Origin: Escherichia phage AV106
Length of the DNA stretch: 50,922 bases
Sequence record: OR352937.1
Reading direction: 5' to 3' (one strand)
A program made the position numbers and the translations under genes. Below the pieces are notes generated by a model. It saw only the letters and a list, made by a program, of their open reading frames with translations. It was not told the DNA's origin and did not search any database. This document shows positions 28,704-36,803 of this stretch, piece after piece (the first letter of the stretch is position 1; the number at the start of each line of letters is the position of its first letter).

Positions 28704-30272
28704 TTACCGCTTAACCATCCCGGCTAGTCGCTTCATTCGCTCGATAGGATCGTCAATTGTCAGTAGTTCAATGTTAGCCGCATCCATGAAGTTATCGACA
28801 ATATCATCATGCGGGTGAGTGTCATCGTAAGTGAAGGCGCTATGTTCTGCGATGATTTCCGCAAGCATAGGGTGCTCTTCTGGAAGAACCACGCGACCAG
28901 CCTTAATGACTGGCTGAGCATCCATCGCTCGGGTAACTTTATCCTTGTTACGCTGCAATGGAGTGATAGAGATCGGAGTCTTCTTCCTGAGATTCTGGAT
29001 TAAGCCCGTACCGCTTGCTTTGTCTTCCACGTAGATTTTACGAAGTACCCCCATTGATTTATTGTGCCTCCATGCCTGATTGACGAAAGCTGTAAATTGC
29101 CTCTCCATATCCGGCGCTTCCCACTTTCCGCGAATGCCGTCGATAAAGTAAACCTTATCATTCTTCTTGCCCCACAAACAAAATACCGTGTAGTCGTTTA
29201 GCTCACCTGTCTTCTGAGCGGTATCGGCAGTGATGAATCGGTAATCATATTTACCCGGATCTGGCTCGTCAGCGTCAAGACTGCTGCCGTAATAAGTCCA
29301 CCACTCTGAGTTAAACACGGAGCCACCCAGCGCGATCGGTTTCTGCTGATACTGAGAATCAAAGGTATACTGATCTGCTTCTCGTAACGCTAACAGGTCG
29401 TGAACGCTTTCCTTGCTGGGCCAAAAAGAGTAATGCTTAACGCCATCCAATTCTACATACTCAGACGATAAAACATCACGCTCAAAGTAAGGCTGCAACC
29501 AATCAGGAAGTGTCTTTCCGTATTCTTCCGTCACCAGCGCCGGTATTGAGATTTGGTCAAACTCAATACCCATCCCGCCATTCATCATGAACCATGTTGA
29601 ATCCTGAGCATGTAGTCGTTGCTGAATTGCAATAATAGGCGTCTCGTTATGCATGCGACGGGATCGAATGGTGTTTTTCAATAGCATGTGTGTACGCTCA
29701 CGCTTAACCTTTGAGAACATATCATCAGGCTTGTCGATATCGTCGAGCATTACCATACCTGAGAATCCCGGCGTCATGTAGCCACCACGCGAACCAGTAA
29801 TACGACCGCCAGCCGCTGCGGATATCAACTCAAACCAAACCTTTCCATCTTCGTTAAGAACCTGCATCTCCTCGTCTTTCGATGTGCCGAACTTGCAAGG
29901 CCATAGCTCTTGAAATTCGTTGCTACTGATAATCTCACGGACGCGCTTACTGTTACGCTTAACCAAGCTGTCAGCAAACGACACGTTAAGGTTTCGCACC
30001 TTCTTACACTTGAGCATTGCGTAAACAGGAAGGTGAATTGAGAACACTTCAGTTTTACCGGAACCTGGCGTGACGTTAAAGATTGTATTCCCTCGTCGGC
30101 CTGCAATAATTTCCTCCACTTCGTGACATAGGTAAAGGTGATGCCAGTTAGGCTGGAACTGCTGAGCCTGCATAAGCTGGAACCAGATCCGAATCATTTT
30201 TTCGAAATTGGCCTCGCTCATTTTCTTGATCGCTAACTTCTGCGTTGCGTTAAGGTCTTCCCATTGAATCAT
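28704..30272 (-). CDS. Terminase large subunit
   Basis: Start moved to second ATG behind RBS GGGAGA; Walker A-like TPGSGKT; conserved nuclease-domain acidic residues in the C-terminal half. Confidence 0.85.
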   Translation of the reverse strand: MIQWEDLNATQKLAIKKMSEANFEKMIRIWFQLMQAQQFQPNWHHLYLCHEVEEIIAGRRGNTIFNVTPGSGKTEVFSIHLPVYAMLKCKKVRNLNVSFADSLVKRNSKRVREIISSNEFQELWPCKFGTSKDEEMQVLNEDGKVWFELISAAAGGRITGSRGGYMTPGFSGMVMLDDIDKPDDMFSKVKRERTHMLLKNTIRSRRMHNETPIIAIQQRLHAQDSTWFMMNGGMGIEFDQISIPALVTEEYGKTLPDWLQPYFERDVLSSEYVELDGVKHYSFWPSKESVHDLLALREADQYTFDSQYQQKPIALGGSVFNSEWWTYYGSSLDADEPDPGKYDYRFITADTAQKTGELNDYTVFCLWGKKNDKVYFIDGIRGKWEAPDMERQFTAFVNQAWRHNKSMGVLRKIYVEDKASGTGLIQNLRKKTPISITPLQRNKDKVTRAMDAQPVIKAGRVVLPEEHPMLAEIIAEHSAFTYDDTHPHDDIVDNFMDAANIELLTIDDPIERMKRLAGMVKR

Positions 30273-30311
30273 GATTAAGTCTCCCATGCGGGCGCTCGCG
30301 CGCCCCTAACG

Positions 30312-30836
30312 TTAAAGCATATCAAGAATGCTGTTTACCGCCTCTTTCATCGCATCCTCAGTAGTGGCGACTACTGTCGATGCGGAAGCTGACGAGTTTT
30401 CGATATTGATTGAGGTTGGCTTATCGATTCCGAGATCCTTACCGATAAAGGAGGCATTAATAACACCGTTGGCGGCAAGCTGGAATTTTTGCTCATTGAT
30501 TACCGATTCCACAAACTCCATAACCTCGCTGTATTCTTCCTCTCGCTTCCACTTAATGATCGCGGCCTCGCTTGCACCGATGAATAGTCGGTATCCGGTC
30601 CAGGTGAAGACGCGCGGCTTATGAACTAGCGATTCATAAACGCCACCCTGAAAGCTGGCTGATTCTGACGCCTTGATTGCGTTGTCCTCAGCCCATTCGA
30701 AATACTTAACTGACAGATCGAATAGTTGCTCAGGCGTCATTGCCCGGTTTTTAGCAAGAACAGTGCCGAACTTTTTCTTGTATAGCTCTTTGAAATTGCC
30801 TCCCTGGACTACGGGGGCGTTCTTAGGTTCACTCAT
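30312..30836 (-). CDS. Terminase small subunit
   Basis: Start moved to ATG behind RBS AAAGAGGATGG; directly upstream of the large terminase gene; preceded by a dyad motif and a terminator. Confidence 0.5.
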   Translation of the reverse strand: MSEPKNAPVVQGGNFKELYKKKFGTVLAKNRAMTPEQLFDLSVKYFEWAEDNAIKASESASFQGGVYESLVHKPRVFTWTGYRLFIGASEAAIIKWKREEEYSEVMEFVESVINEQKFQLAANGVINASFIGKDLGIDKPTSINIENSSASASTVVATTEDAMKEAVNSILDML

Positions 30837-30888
30837 AAATCCATCCTCTTTGTTTAACATTTAGTGCTATTTTACCATATTGCAGGCA

Positions 30889-30915
30889 TAAAAAAACCCG
30901 CCGAAGCGGGTTAGT
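30889..30915 (-). terminator. Terminator at the end of the early minus-strand array
   Basis: Minus strand CCCGC-ttcg-GCGGG followed by TTTTTTT. Confidence 0.6.
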
Positions 30916-30920
30916 ATTTA

Positions 30921-31148
30921 TCACGATAATCGTCGTTTAATGCCTTTAGGGTGGGTCTGAGCTTTAGAGTAGCAGTGAGCAAGGTCGCCAGTCATTTCCC
31001 ATTGATCCTTCTTAGGCGAGTAGGTCAGCCATACACCAGTTTTATCCTTCGCGTCCATCGCAATTGCTGCCGCCACAAGTGCGAAGCCAGCAAACAAACC
31101 AGCACCAAAAATAATGACACCAGCGATAATCAATAAAAAAATTGTCAT
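30921..31148 (-). CDS. Small membrane protein
   Basis: 75 aa; N-terminal transmembrane helix MTIFLLIIAGVIIFGAGLFAGFALVAAAIA; RBS AGGAGA; last gene of the early minus-strand array. Confidence 0.45.
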   Translation of the reverse strand: MTIFLLIIAGVIIFGAGLFAGFALVAAAIAMDAKDKTGVWLTYSPKKDQWEMTGDLAHCYSKAQTHPKGIKRRLS

Positions 31149-31149
31149 G

Positions 31150-31335
31150 TTAAATCTCCTTTATTAATTCAATATTTATTTTGTGAGTGTCAAGGTTAGC
31201 GCCGGAAAGTTTTTTTGCTTTCGCGATGGCTTCTGCCTGACTGGTTGCTGATAATTCAGTTTCGAAAGATTGCTTGCACGACTGGCAAAACATTCCCATC
31301 TTTCGAATAATTAATTTAACTTTGAATCGCTTCAT
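31150..31335 (-). CDS. Hypothetical small protein
   Basis: 61 aa; CxxC pair; start overlaps the 3' end of the small ORF upstream. Confidence 0.35.
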   Translation of the reverse strand: MKRFKVKLIIRKMGMFCQSCKQSFETELSATSQAEAIAKAKKLSGANLDTHKINIELIKEI

Positions 31336-31477
31336 CTTCCTGCGCCTTAATCATAACGCCAGCAATGCGACCAATAACAGCCTCGCCAGGATTTAATCGT
31401 TTTTTATAACGAGTGGTTTCACCGTTGCGAGTTACTTTAATTTCGATTTTGACTGATTCGTTTTTGATATTTTGCAT
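31316..31477 (-). CDS. Hypothetical small protein (53 aa, absent from the ORF track)
   Basis: ATG behind RBS AAGAGGA; translates MQNIKNESVKIEIKVTRNGETTRYKKRLNPGEAVIGRIAGVMIKAQEDEAIQS; below the track length cutoff. Confidence 0.35.
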   Translation of the reverse strand: MQNIKNESVKIEIKVTRNGETTRYKKRLNPGEAVIGRIAGVMIKAQEDEAIQS

Positions 31478-31641
31478 TACGCAATCCTCTTGAATTGTTG
31501 CCGCTTACGGGTCTGCGGCGTTGCTTAACCACTATGCAACCGAGCTTGTTAGCTGGAAGTGTGAGAATCGTCTCACGCGTTGCGCTTATTTGCGCCTCGT
31601 CTGTCTACGGGATTAATACTATCACCGCTCAGAGATTCAGG

Positions 31642-31845
31642 TCAATCATTAATTTCAAATTGGCCCTTAGTAATATCCTGCGGGTAGTCAATCTCATGAA
31701 TATTTCCATCGTCTCCGTATACAAATACGAGTCTCTTTGCTTTACTTACTTTTTCAACGTCATACAAGCATCCAGCTGAGAAAGCATCACCATTGCGTGA
31801 TGTAACACATCGAACCTGATCGCCTTTCTTCGGTAAGTTAGCCAT
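31642..31845 (-). CDS. Hypothetical protein
   Basis: 67 aa; RBS GAGGGG; coupled to the upstream gene. Confidence 0.4.
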   Translation of the reverse strand: MANLPKKGDQVRCVTSRNGDAFSAGCLYDVEKVSKAKRLVFVYGDDGNIHEIDYPQDITKGQFEIND

Positions 31846-32075
31846 TATTCGTAATCCCCCTCTTTGTTACCTACGCGCCCTGCAATATATCCGGCAGTCC
31901 AGACAAATTTGTAGCGGTCGATGAGTAGCTCGACCTTTTTGTGGTGAGCCGAGATTACATCAATCATGATCTTGTCATTTTTACGATCTTCTTTCTTCAT
32001 GCCGCTGACGAATTTATTCAGTTCCTTCGCTGCGCGCTTTACTACGTTCCATTCTGCTTCACTTAAACCGAACAT
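31845..32075 (-). CDS. Hypothetical protein
   Basis: 76 aa; TAATG stop/start overlap with the upstream gene. Confidence 0.4.
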   Translation of the reverse strand: MFGLSEAEWNVVKRAAKELNKFVSGMKKEDRKNDKIMIDVISAHHKKVELLIDRYKFVWTAGYIAGRVGNKEGDYE

Positions 32076-32419
32076 TATTTATCACCTTTGAATGAAAAAC
32101 CTACACCTAAAACCTGATTGCAAACTGATTCCATGTATCGCAACTGGTATTGAGCAACATTTGAAGGACTTAATTCATCGGCAAATAAACTCTCAACATT
32201 GATTTCTTTTTTATGCTTGCGCTTCCATGCCTTGATGATATTTGGCAGGATGCGCTCGCTCTTCCAGGCTGCAAACTCAGCTTGATTCGTTGAAACAGGA
32301 GTAAGTTGCTTTTCGATCTGGTTGAGCAACTCGGCAGTTGCTCCTTTTACGTGCAATTGGTCGCCGATCGCATCAAGGATTTCACGAGCTTGCTTCTCTG
32401 ATAGGTTAATCGTAATCAT
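32075..32419 (-). CDS. Hypothetical protein
   Basis: 114 aa; RBS AAGAGGA. Confidence 0.4.
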   Translation of the reverse strand: MITINLSEKQAREILDAIGDQLHVKGATAELLNQIEKQLTPVSTNQAEFAAWKSERILPNIIKAWKRKHKKEINVESLFADELSPSNVAQYQLRYMESVCNQVLGVGFSFKGDK

Positions 32420-32424
32420 TCCTC

Positions 32425-32625
32425 TTATCCTTCATTTTCGATCGGTGTAAAAAACTGAGTGTTCACTGCCGGGTTATAATAAACTCCGTCGTCATAGTCG
32501 CTTTTTTTCACCTCGATAAAAACGTCGCAACCGTCATGCATGAAGTCACCATCATCAGTTTCAATAAGTTCGAATACTTCAGAAGTTTTATTGCATTTAA
32601 ACAACTTTCCAGCATATAACATCAT
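32425..32625 (-). CDS. Hypothetical acidic small protein
   Basis: 66 aa; preceded by the dyad motif, a hairpin and a -10 element. Confidence 0.4.
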   Translation of the reverse strand: MMLYAGKLFKCNKTSEVFELIETDDGDFMHDGCDVFIEVKKSDYDDGVYYNPAVNTQFFTPIENEG

Positions 32626-32657
32626 TTCGATTTTCTCTCTTTGTTGTCGATGAGGTA

Positions 32658-32703
32658 ACTATATCAAATCACCCCACCGACGTTTTAGCAATTCGCGCTA
32701 TTT
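32658..32703 (-). promoter_or_regulatory. Dyad-motif promoter
   Basis: AATAGCGCGAATTGCTAAAAC, 22 bp, TATAGT in a hairpin loop; upstream of ORF 32425..32625. Confidence 0.55.
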
Positions 32704-33270
32704 GTTGATGACCGTAGCGGCTATGTGCTGAGCGGTAATTTCTGGATGACCTTCGACAGAGAAGAAATCACACTCCTGATAACCATTAACCCCGATCATA
32801 TCTTCCAGGTAAATATAATCACGACTGTCGTTGTCAAAGTTGCAGCCTTTGCGGTGGATTCGGCATAGCTTGACCTGGATATCACCTTCAATCATCTGCA
32901 ATACCTCATCTTTGAATCCACCATCAGTAAATACTGACAGAGAATATGACTCTTTGACCTTGCTTTCCGCTCGCATACCGAAGAATCGATTTCCGAACTG
33001 TGGCTTGATGACTTCCTCGCTAATCCAGATCATAAACTGGCGAGGGCTTTTACCGTTCAGGATTGACGCTGGCTCTTCTTTGTAACGACGATCCTCATAC
33101 AAGAACATGAAATACTCGTAGTTAGTCTCACCCAGGATTGCCCGAGCAATCTCAAACATTGGTTCTTTGAAGCTGCGCAAAGCTACATGATCGTAAGTGT
33201 CAGCCAGGATGCATCCGATAGTGTCCTTGCCTGCTCCAGGGGCGCCGTTTAAAATGATAGCTGTTTTCAT
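32698..33270 (-). CDS. Deoxynucleoside monophosphate kinase (T4 gp1-like)
   Basis: 190 aa; P-loop NGAPGAGKDT; ILNGKSPRQFMIWISEE resembles T4 dNMP kinase YLNGKSPIKGVFVFDDE. Confidence 0.65.
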   Translation of the reverse strand: MKTAIILNGAPGAGKDTIGCILADTYDHVALRSFKEPMFEIARAILGETNYEYFMFLYEDRRYKEEPASILNGKSPRQFMIWISEEVIKPQFGNRFFGMRAESKVKESYSLSVFTDGGFKDEVLQMIEGDIQVKLCRIHRKGCNFDNDSRDYIYLEDMIGVNGYQECDFFSVEGHPEITAQHIAATVINK

Positions 33271-33271
33271 A

Positions 33272-33382
33272 TCAGTATCTCCCTAAAAATAATTTTGCCA
33301 TATTGATAATAGTGTGATTGATGATTAGCAGGATGATAACCGTCAATGCCGGATGTGCTGCAATAAATTCGTATAGGTTCAT
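33272..33382 (-). CDS. Hypothetical small hydrophobic peptide (36 aa, absent from the ORF track)
   Basis: ATGA overlap with the HAD gene stop; translates MNLYEFIAAHPALTVIILLIINHTIINMAKLFLGRY; its stop abuts the kinase start. Confidence 0.3.
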   Translation of the reverse strand: MNLYEFIAAHPALTVIILLIINHTIINMAKLFLGRY

Positions 33383-33912
33383 TTCTCTACCCCGTGCGAT
33401 TTTAAATGATCGTGAACGTTGTCGCCATAGTCAACTACAGCATATGTGGTTATTCCAAGCGACCGGAATAATGGAATAATTTGCGGTGAATCATCCCAAG
33501 CCGCGAGGATGTTTTCAATACCGATCGCTCGCACAGCTTCCTCTTTCATCACTGTGTCTTTCCGGTTGTCTGTGTGCGGTCGCATGACTAAGTAATCATA
33601 TCGCGCACCGTGATGCTTAAGCCACAACTCAGATGCGTAACGAACCTCATCACTTCGCCCGGTTAAAACTATTACGTGATACCCAGCGGCAAACATAGAG
33701 TTCATCACCTCAATCGTGCTCTGGATGGGGTTATCAAATATTGCGGCTCGATTAAACTCAGACCAGCTTTCAGTCAAGTGCAAATCCTTTGTTGGCAACA
33801 GGTGAAGGCGCTTTGATCCATCACTCAGTGTTCCGTCAAAGTCAAAGATTGCGACGCGGCGCGGACCGAGAAACAGGTTGATAGTTTGACCCCAAATTGT
33901 AATTTTATCCAT
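33379..33912 (-). CDS. HAD-superfamily phosphatase (nucleotidase-like)
   Basis: 177 aa; motif I FDFDGT near the N-terminus and downstream acidic motifs typical of HAD hydrolases. Confidence 0.6.
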   Translation of the reverse strand: MDKITIWGQTINLFLGPRRVAIFDFDGTLSDGSKRLHLLPTKDLHLTESWSEFNRAAIFDNPIQSTIEVMNSMFAAGYHVIVLTGRSDEVRYASELWLKHHGARYDYLVMRPHTDNRKDTVMKEEAVRAIGIENILAAWDDSPQIIPLFRSLGITTYAVVDYGDNVHDHLKSHGVEK

Positions 33913-33952
33913 TATTTATTCCTATGATTGGTTGCTTAACTCAACGAAGGGC

Positions 33953-33998
33953 ATTCTATCAAATGCCCTTGAGCAAGTTTTAGCAATTAGTGCTATTA
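33953..33998 (-). promoter_or_regulatory. Dyad-motif promoter
   Basis: AATAGCACTAATTGCTAAAAC, 22 bp, TAGAAT (preceded by TGa) in the loop of AAGGGCAT...ATGCCCTT; upstream of the HAD gene. Confidence 0.55.
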
Positions 33999-34442
33999 CC
34001 AGTAATCTACCTCGTAGTCAGCCCAGGCGTCAAAATCACTTTGGCAGAATGTGCCGCTATAATTTTCCATCATTTCATCGATCAGGAAGTAGCAGGACTC
34101 ACCGTTACGATAGAAGTATGAATCAGCAACGTTACGCGCCCAGCGCCCAGCATCCTTCTTGCTCATCTTCCAGTGCTTCATGGCGATTTTCTTAAATGCG
34201 CGAACAATACGCTTGCGGATCTTGACATTCTTGTACACAGCGTTGCATCCGTAAGCCATATATTCATTGTTGCCAAGATTCTGCATGATGTACGGATTAA
34301 CGTCTTTTGACGTAATCATCAGATCGCCATCGCCGCGACGCGCATCATAAATGCTTGCTGTCATGTAGTGGCCTTTGAACATTCCAATGCCGTGCAGAGT
34401 GTGTTCATCGTTAGGCGTTTCAATGCAGATTAAGTGTTTCAT
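33996..34442 (-). CDS. Hypothetical protein
   Basis: Start moved to ATG (MKHLICIE) behind RBS GAGGAAG; the track's N-terminal extension reads through the promoter hairpin. Confidence 0.45.
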   Translation of the reverse strand: MKHLICIETPNDEHTLHGIGMFKGHYMTASIYDARRGDGDLMITSKDVNPYIMQNLGNNEYMAYGCNAVYKNVKIRKRIVRAFKKIAMKHWKMSKKDAGRWARNVADSYFYRNGESCYFLIDEMMENYSGTFCQSDFDAWADYEVDYW

Positions 34443-34472
34443 GATCGCTTCCTCGTTTGTTGGTGTAGGGGA

Positions 34473-34518
34473 ATCATAGCGCATCCCCCTTGATAGGTTT
34501 TAGCAATTCGTGCTATTC
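34473..34518 (-). promoter_or_regulatory. Dyad-motif promoter
   Basis: AATAGCACGAATTGCTAAAAC, 22 bp, TATGAT in the loop of GGGGGA...TCCCC. Confidence 0.55.
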
Positions 34519-34718
34519 GTTTTAATAGTGATGCAAAAATAATTTTTTAAGCACGTTACCACGCGCGCTGAATCGACTTGTGGGAGCCTCAAAATTTCGT
34601 GGACCAATTGCACTGCCGACACCTCAGATTTGTAGTAGTGTGCGATTCTGGAGGTGTTTGGGCGCATTCCTTCCACCGCGTCACGCGCTGCATCTTCTGC
34701 TGTCATGATAGTAGCCAT
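34500..34718 (-). CDS. Hypothetical protein
   Basis: 72 aa. Confidence 0.35.
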   Translation of the reverse strand: MATIMTAEDAARDAVEGMRPNTSRIAHYYKSEVSAVQLVHEILRLPQVDSARVVTCLKNYFCITIKTNSTNC

Positions 34719-34821
34719 AAAACACCCTTAAGAGATAATGTCAGGACTAGGAGGCAGAATAGCAACTCCTGAAATGATGGCGGCTCGTTATTCCAGTTAT
34801 AAAAGTCTGGCATAGTGTTTT

Positions 34822-34860
34822 CTCCAAAAGAAAGGGGAACAGCTCAGAGTCGATTCCCCG
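34822..34860 (-). terminator. Terminator after ORF 34867..35505
   Basis: Minus strand GGGGAA...TTCCCC followed by TTTCTTTT. Confidence 0.45.
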
Positions 34861-34866
34861 TTAAAA

Positions 34867-35505
34867 TTACATGATGAACATCAGCGAAATCGAAGCTACC
34901 AGGAGAACAAGAGCAATAGCTAGGCCAGACAAGTCTGCTTTCTCTTCAAACTTCATTGCTGGCTTGCGGTCAACATTAATAGGCTTGACGTTGCTAATCT
35001 TGCTGGTGTTGATCTTGCCGTTGACGCGGAAAGTGCGATTGCGCTTCTTACCGAAAGTTGCGAACTTAGTGCCGCCACTGTTCCAACGAAGGCCTTCGCC
35101 ATTGTGAGTTACGGTTGCAATGCGGTGTCGGCCCGTGTCGTCGGTCAGCGCTACAGTGTGCTTTGCGTGCTCAGTAGGCACGTCGTAGATTTTGCCAACG
35201 GTAAATTTTTTGGTGTTATCACTGATACATTCGAATTTCATAAATCTTACCTCTTTATTATGCAGTTGGTTGATTGCTTCGATTACGTCGTTAAATTTAA
35301 CACCATCCACGATTCGATGGAAGATATATTTTGAGCTACCGCCATAAGGCAGGAAAATTTCCTGATATTCGTGACGCCGTACAACGTTCACGTTGCAACC
35401 GTTCTCATCAGTAATGATGAAGCTGTCATCATTTACGCGAACACCTTTGTAAGTTTTTCCCCACTTAAAACCAGATCCGCTACTTGATACGCACTCAAAT
35501 TTCAT
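34867..35505 (-). CDS. Membrane-anchored protein with internally duplicated domain
   Basis: 212 aa; two tandem domains starting MKFECVSSSGSGFKWGKTY and MKFECISDNTKKFTVGKIY; C-terminal transmembrane helix LSGLAIALVLLVASISLMFIM; terminator downstream. Confidence 0.45.
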   Translation of the reverse strand: MKFECVSSSGSGFKWGKTYKGVRVNDDSFIITDENGCNVNVVRRHEYQEIFLPYGGSSKYIFHRIVDGVKFNDVIEAINQLHNKEVRFMKFECISDNTKKFTVGKIYDVPTEHAKHTVALTDDTGRHRIATVTHNGEGLRWNSGGTKFATFGKKRNRTFRVNGKINTSKISNVKPINVDRKPAMKFEEKADLSGLAIALVLLVASISLMFIM

Positions 35506-35789
35506 GGTCTAACCTTCCTGTAAGGCTTGATTGATAACATCACGTATTGCGTGAAGTCGCATTCTTGCTCGTCATAACCGCGATTGATGTATGGCGTCAC
35601 GTCTGTAACATCGGACACCATGGCGTGAACTTCCCACCCGGTAAACTCGTCACGATCGAACTCGCGTAGCTCAAGGATATCACCAACCTGGAAGTTGCGG
35701 TCATTGACGCGGAACTCTGCCGTTTTGGTTCCGTTCATTACACCAATGAAATGTACCGGGGAGATTTTTAACTTATGAGTTTTGCTCAT
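35502..35789 (-). CDS. ASCH/DUF3850-like small protein
   Basis: 95 aa; N-terminal HKLKISPVHFIGVMNGTKTAEFRVNDRNFQVGDILELRE matches the ASCH-like pattern. Confidence 0.45.
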   Translation of the reverse strand: MSKTHKLKISPVHFIGVMNGTKTAEFRVNDRNFQVGDILELREFDRDEFTGWEVHAMVSDVTDVTPYINRGYDEQECDFTQYVMLSIKPYRKVRP

Positions 35790-36057
35790 CTTTCTTTACC
35801 TCGAATGTCACGTTCCAGAATTTATTGCCGCATGAGTGATAGATTACGTCCTGAGACGTGAGTTCGTGCAATGCGTGCCCGATAATCTCCATTCGGTCAT
35901 TCGGCGTCAGTCCGCGAAGCGATTCACGAAGGCGTGAGGCCTTGTCGTAAATCTGCCACTGCGTGAGTCGTGCAGCCATAGCTAATTCCTTATTTGCAAA
36001 ACGGGCAGGTTGATTTATTTCCGCTGCCGCCATGATTAGGGCAGCACACTTTCTCAA
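35773..36057 (-). CDS. Hypothetical protein (start uncertain)
   Basis: 94 aa in the track with a TTG start; first ATG is 8 codons in; overlaps a 25-aa Cys-rich ORF that carries the canonical leader. Confidence 0.3.
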   Translation of the reverse strand: MRKCAALIMAAAEINQPARFANKELAMAARLTQWQIYDKASRLRESLRGLTPNDRMEIIGHALHELTSQDVIYHSCGNKFWNVTFEVKKDEQNS

Positions 36058-36107
36058 TTGGTGTCATAACTGATTCCTCTGATTGGTTGCCATGCTTCAA
36101 TAAGGCC

Positions 36108-36153
36108 ACTATATCAAATGGCCTTGCGGAAGGTTTAGCAATTCGTGCTATCG
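36108..36153 (-). promoter_or_regulatory. Dyad-motif promoter
   Basis: GATAGCACGAATTGCTAAACC, 22 bp, TATAGT (preceded by TGa) in a hairpin, then leader AACCAATCAGAGGAATCAGTT-ATG. Confidence 0.55.
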
Positions 36154-36297
36154 TTTAACGCACATAGTTTTTACTTCATATCCGAACGGCTTGTTTTCTG
36201 CAATCACCTCCCGAGCTTTTTCGCATGATTGCTGACTTTCCATGTATACGTGATCCGGCCCGGTGCTCATCAAGATAATCAAGACCCATGCAGCCAT
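36148..36297 (-). CDS. Hypothetical small protein with hydrophobic N-terminus (49 aa, absent from the ORF track)
   Basis: TAATG overlap with the upstream gene; translates MAAWVLIILMSTGPDHVYMESQQSCEKAREVIAENKPFGYEVKTMCVKR; stop codon lies inside a dyad motif. Confidence 0.3.
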   Translation of the reverse strand: MAAWVLIILMSTGPDHVYMESQQSCEKAREVIAENKPFGYEVKTMCVKR

Positions 36298-36803
36298 TAT
36301 TTCACCTCATAGCGGACGAGCGTTCCGCGCTTAATGCTGATTTCACCTGACACAGTCTTGTTCTTGAAGCCGCCGTGATGCAATAGAATCGTGATGATAT
36401 CGTCGTGCACCTCAATAGTTTTTGGTGTCGCGGTAATCTCAATCCAAGAATCGCTGCTAATCTGGACACCTTTTATCGTTGCGCTAAGTGGCATGTTCTC
36501 GATCTGAGAGCACTGTAACGATGGTTTGATTTCTGGCGTTGCAGCCTTGAATATCGAGCCTCCAATCTTCCAGCTATCATACAAGCTGTAAGCATTATTA
36601 CCTTCACTCATAATGTAGTGGTAGTCCTTATTTGGTGAGTTTTCTTTATTCACTTCGTTATGTCTGGCAATAAACCACTCCAGCTTAAGTTGAGACACCT
36701 CATCAGTGGCCCACGTTCCCTTATCTTCACTGGTGAACGTAATTTCACCACATCCCATGCTGATAAATTTGATCGGGAATTTGACATCTTCTAATTTCAA
36801 CAT
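36297..36803 (-). CDS. Hypothetical protein
   Basis: 168 aa; RBS AAGAGGAAA; preceded by dyad motif and TGgTACAAT. Confidence 0.45.
   Translation of the reverse strand: MLKLEDVKFPIKFISMGCGEITFTSEDKGTWATDEVSQLKLEWFIARHNEVNKENSPNKDYHYIMSEGNNAYSLYDSWKIGGSIFKAATPEIKPSLQCSQIENMPLSATIKGVQISSDSWIEITATPKTIEVHDDIITILLHHGGFKNKTVSGEISIKRGTLVRYEVK

Noticed and set aside
31495-31640. Possible tRNA-like or structured RNA in the 160-bp gap upstream of the 53-aa ORF
   Set aside because: D-loop-like TAGTGGTTAA and TTCAAGA-like segments are present, but no consistent cloverleaf with 7-bp acceptor stem and 5-bp anticodon and T stems can be drawn, and the putative T-arm overlaps the next gene's RBS. More likely a structured 5' leader behind a sigma70-like promoter (TTGACC, 17-18 bp, TAGTAT).
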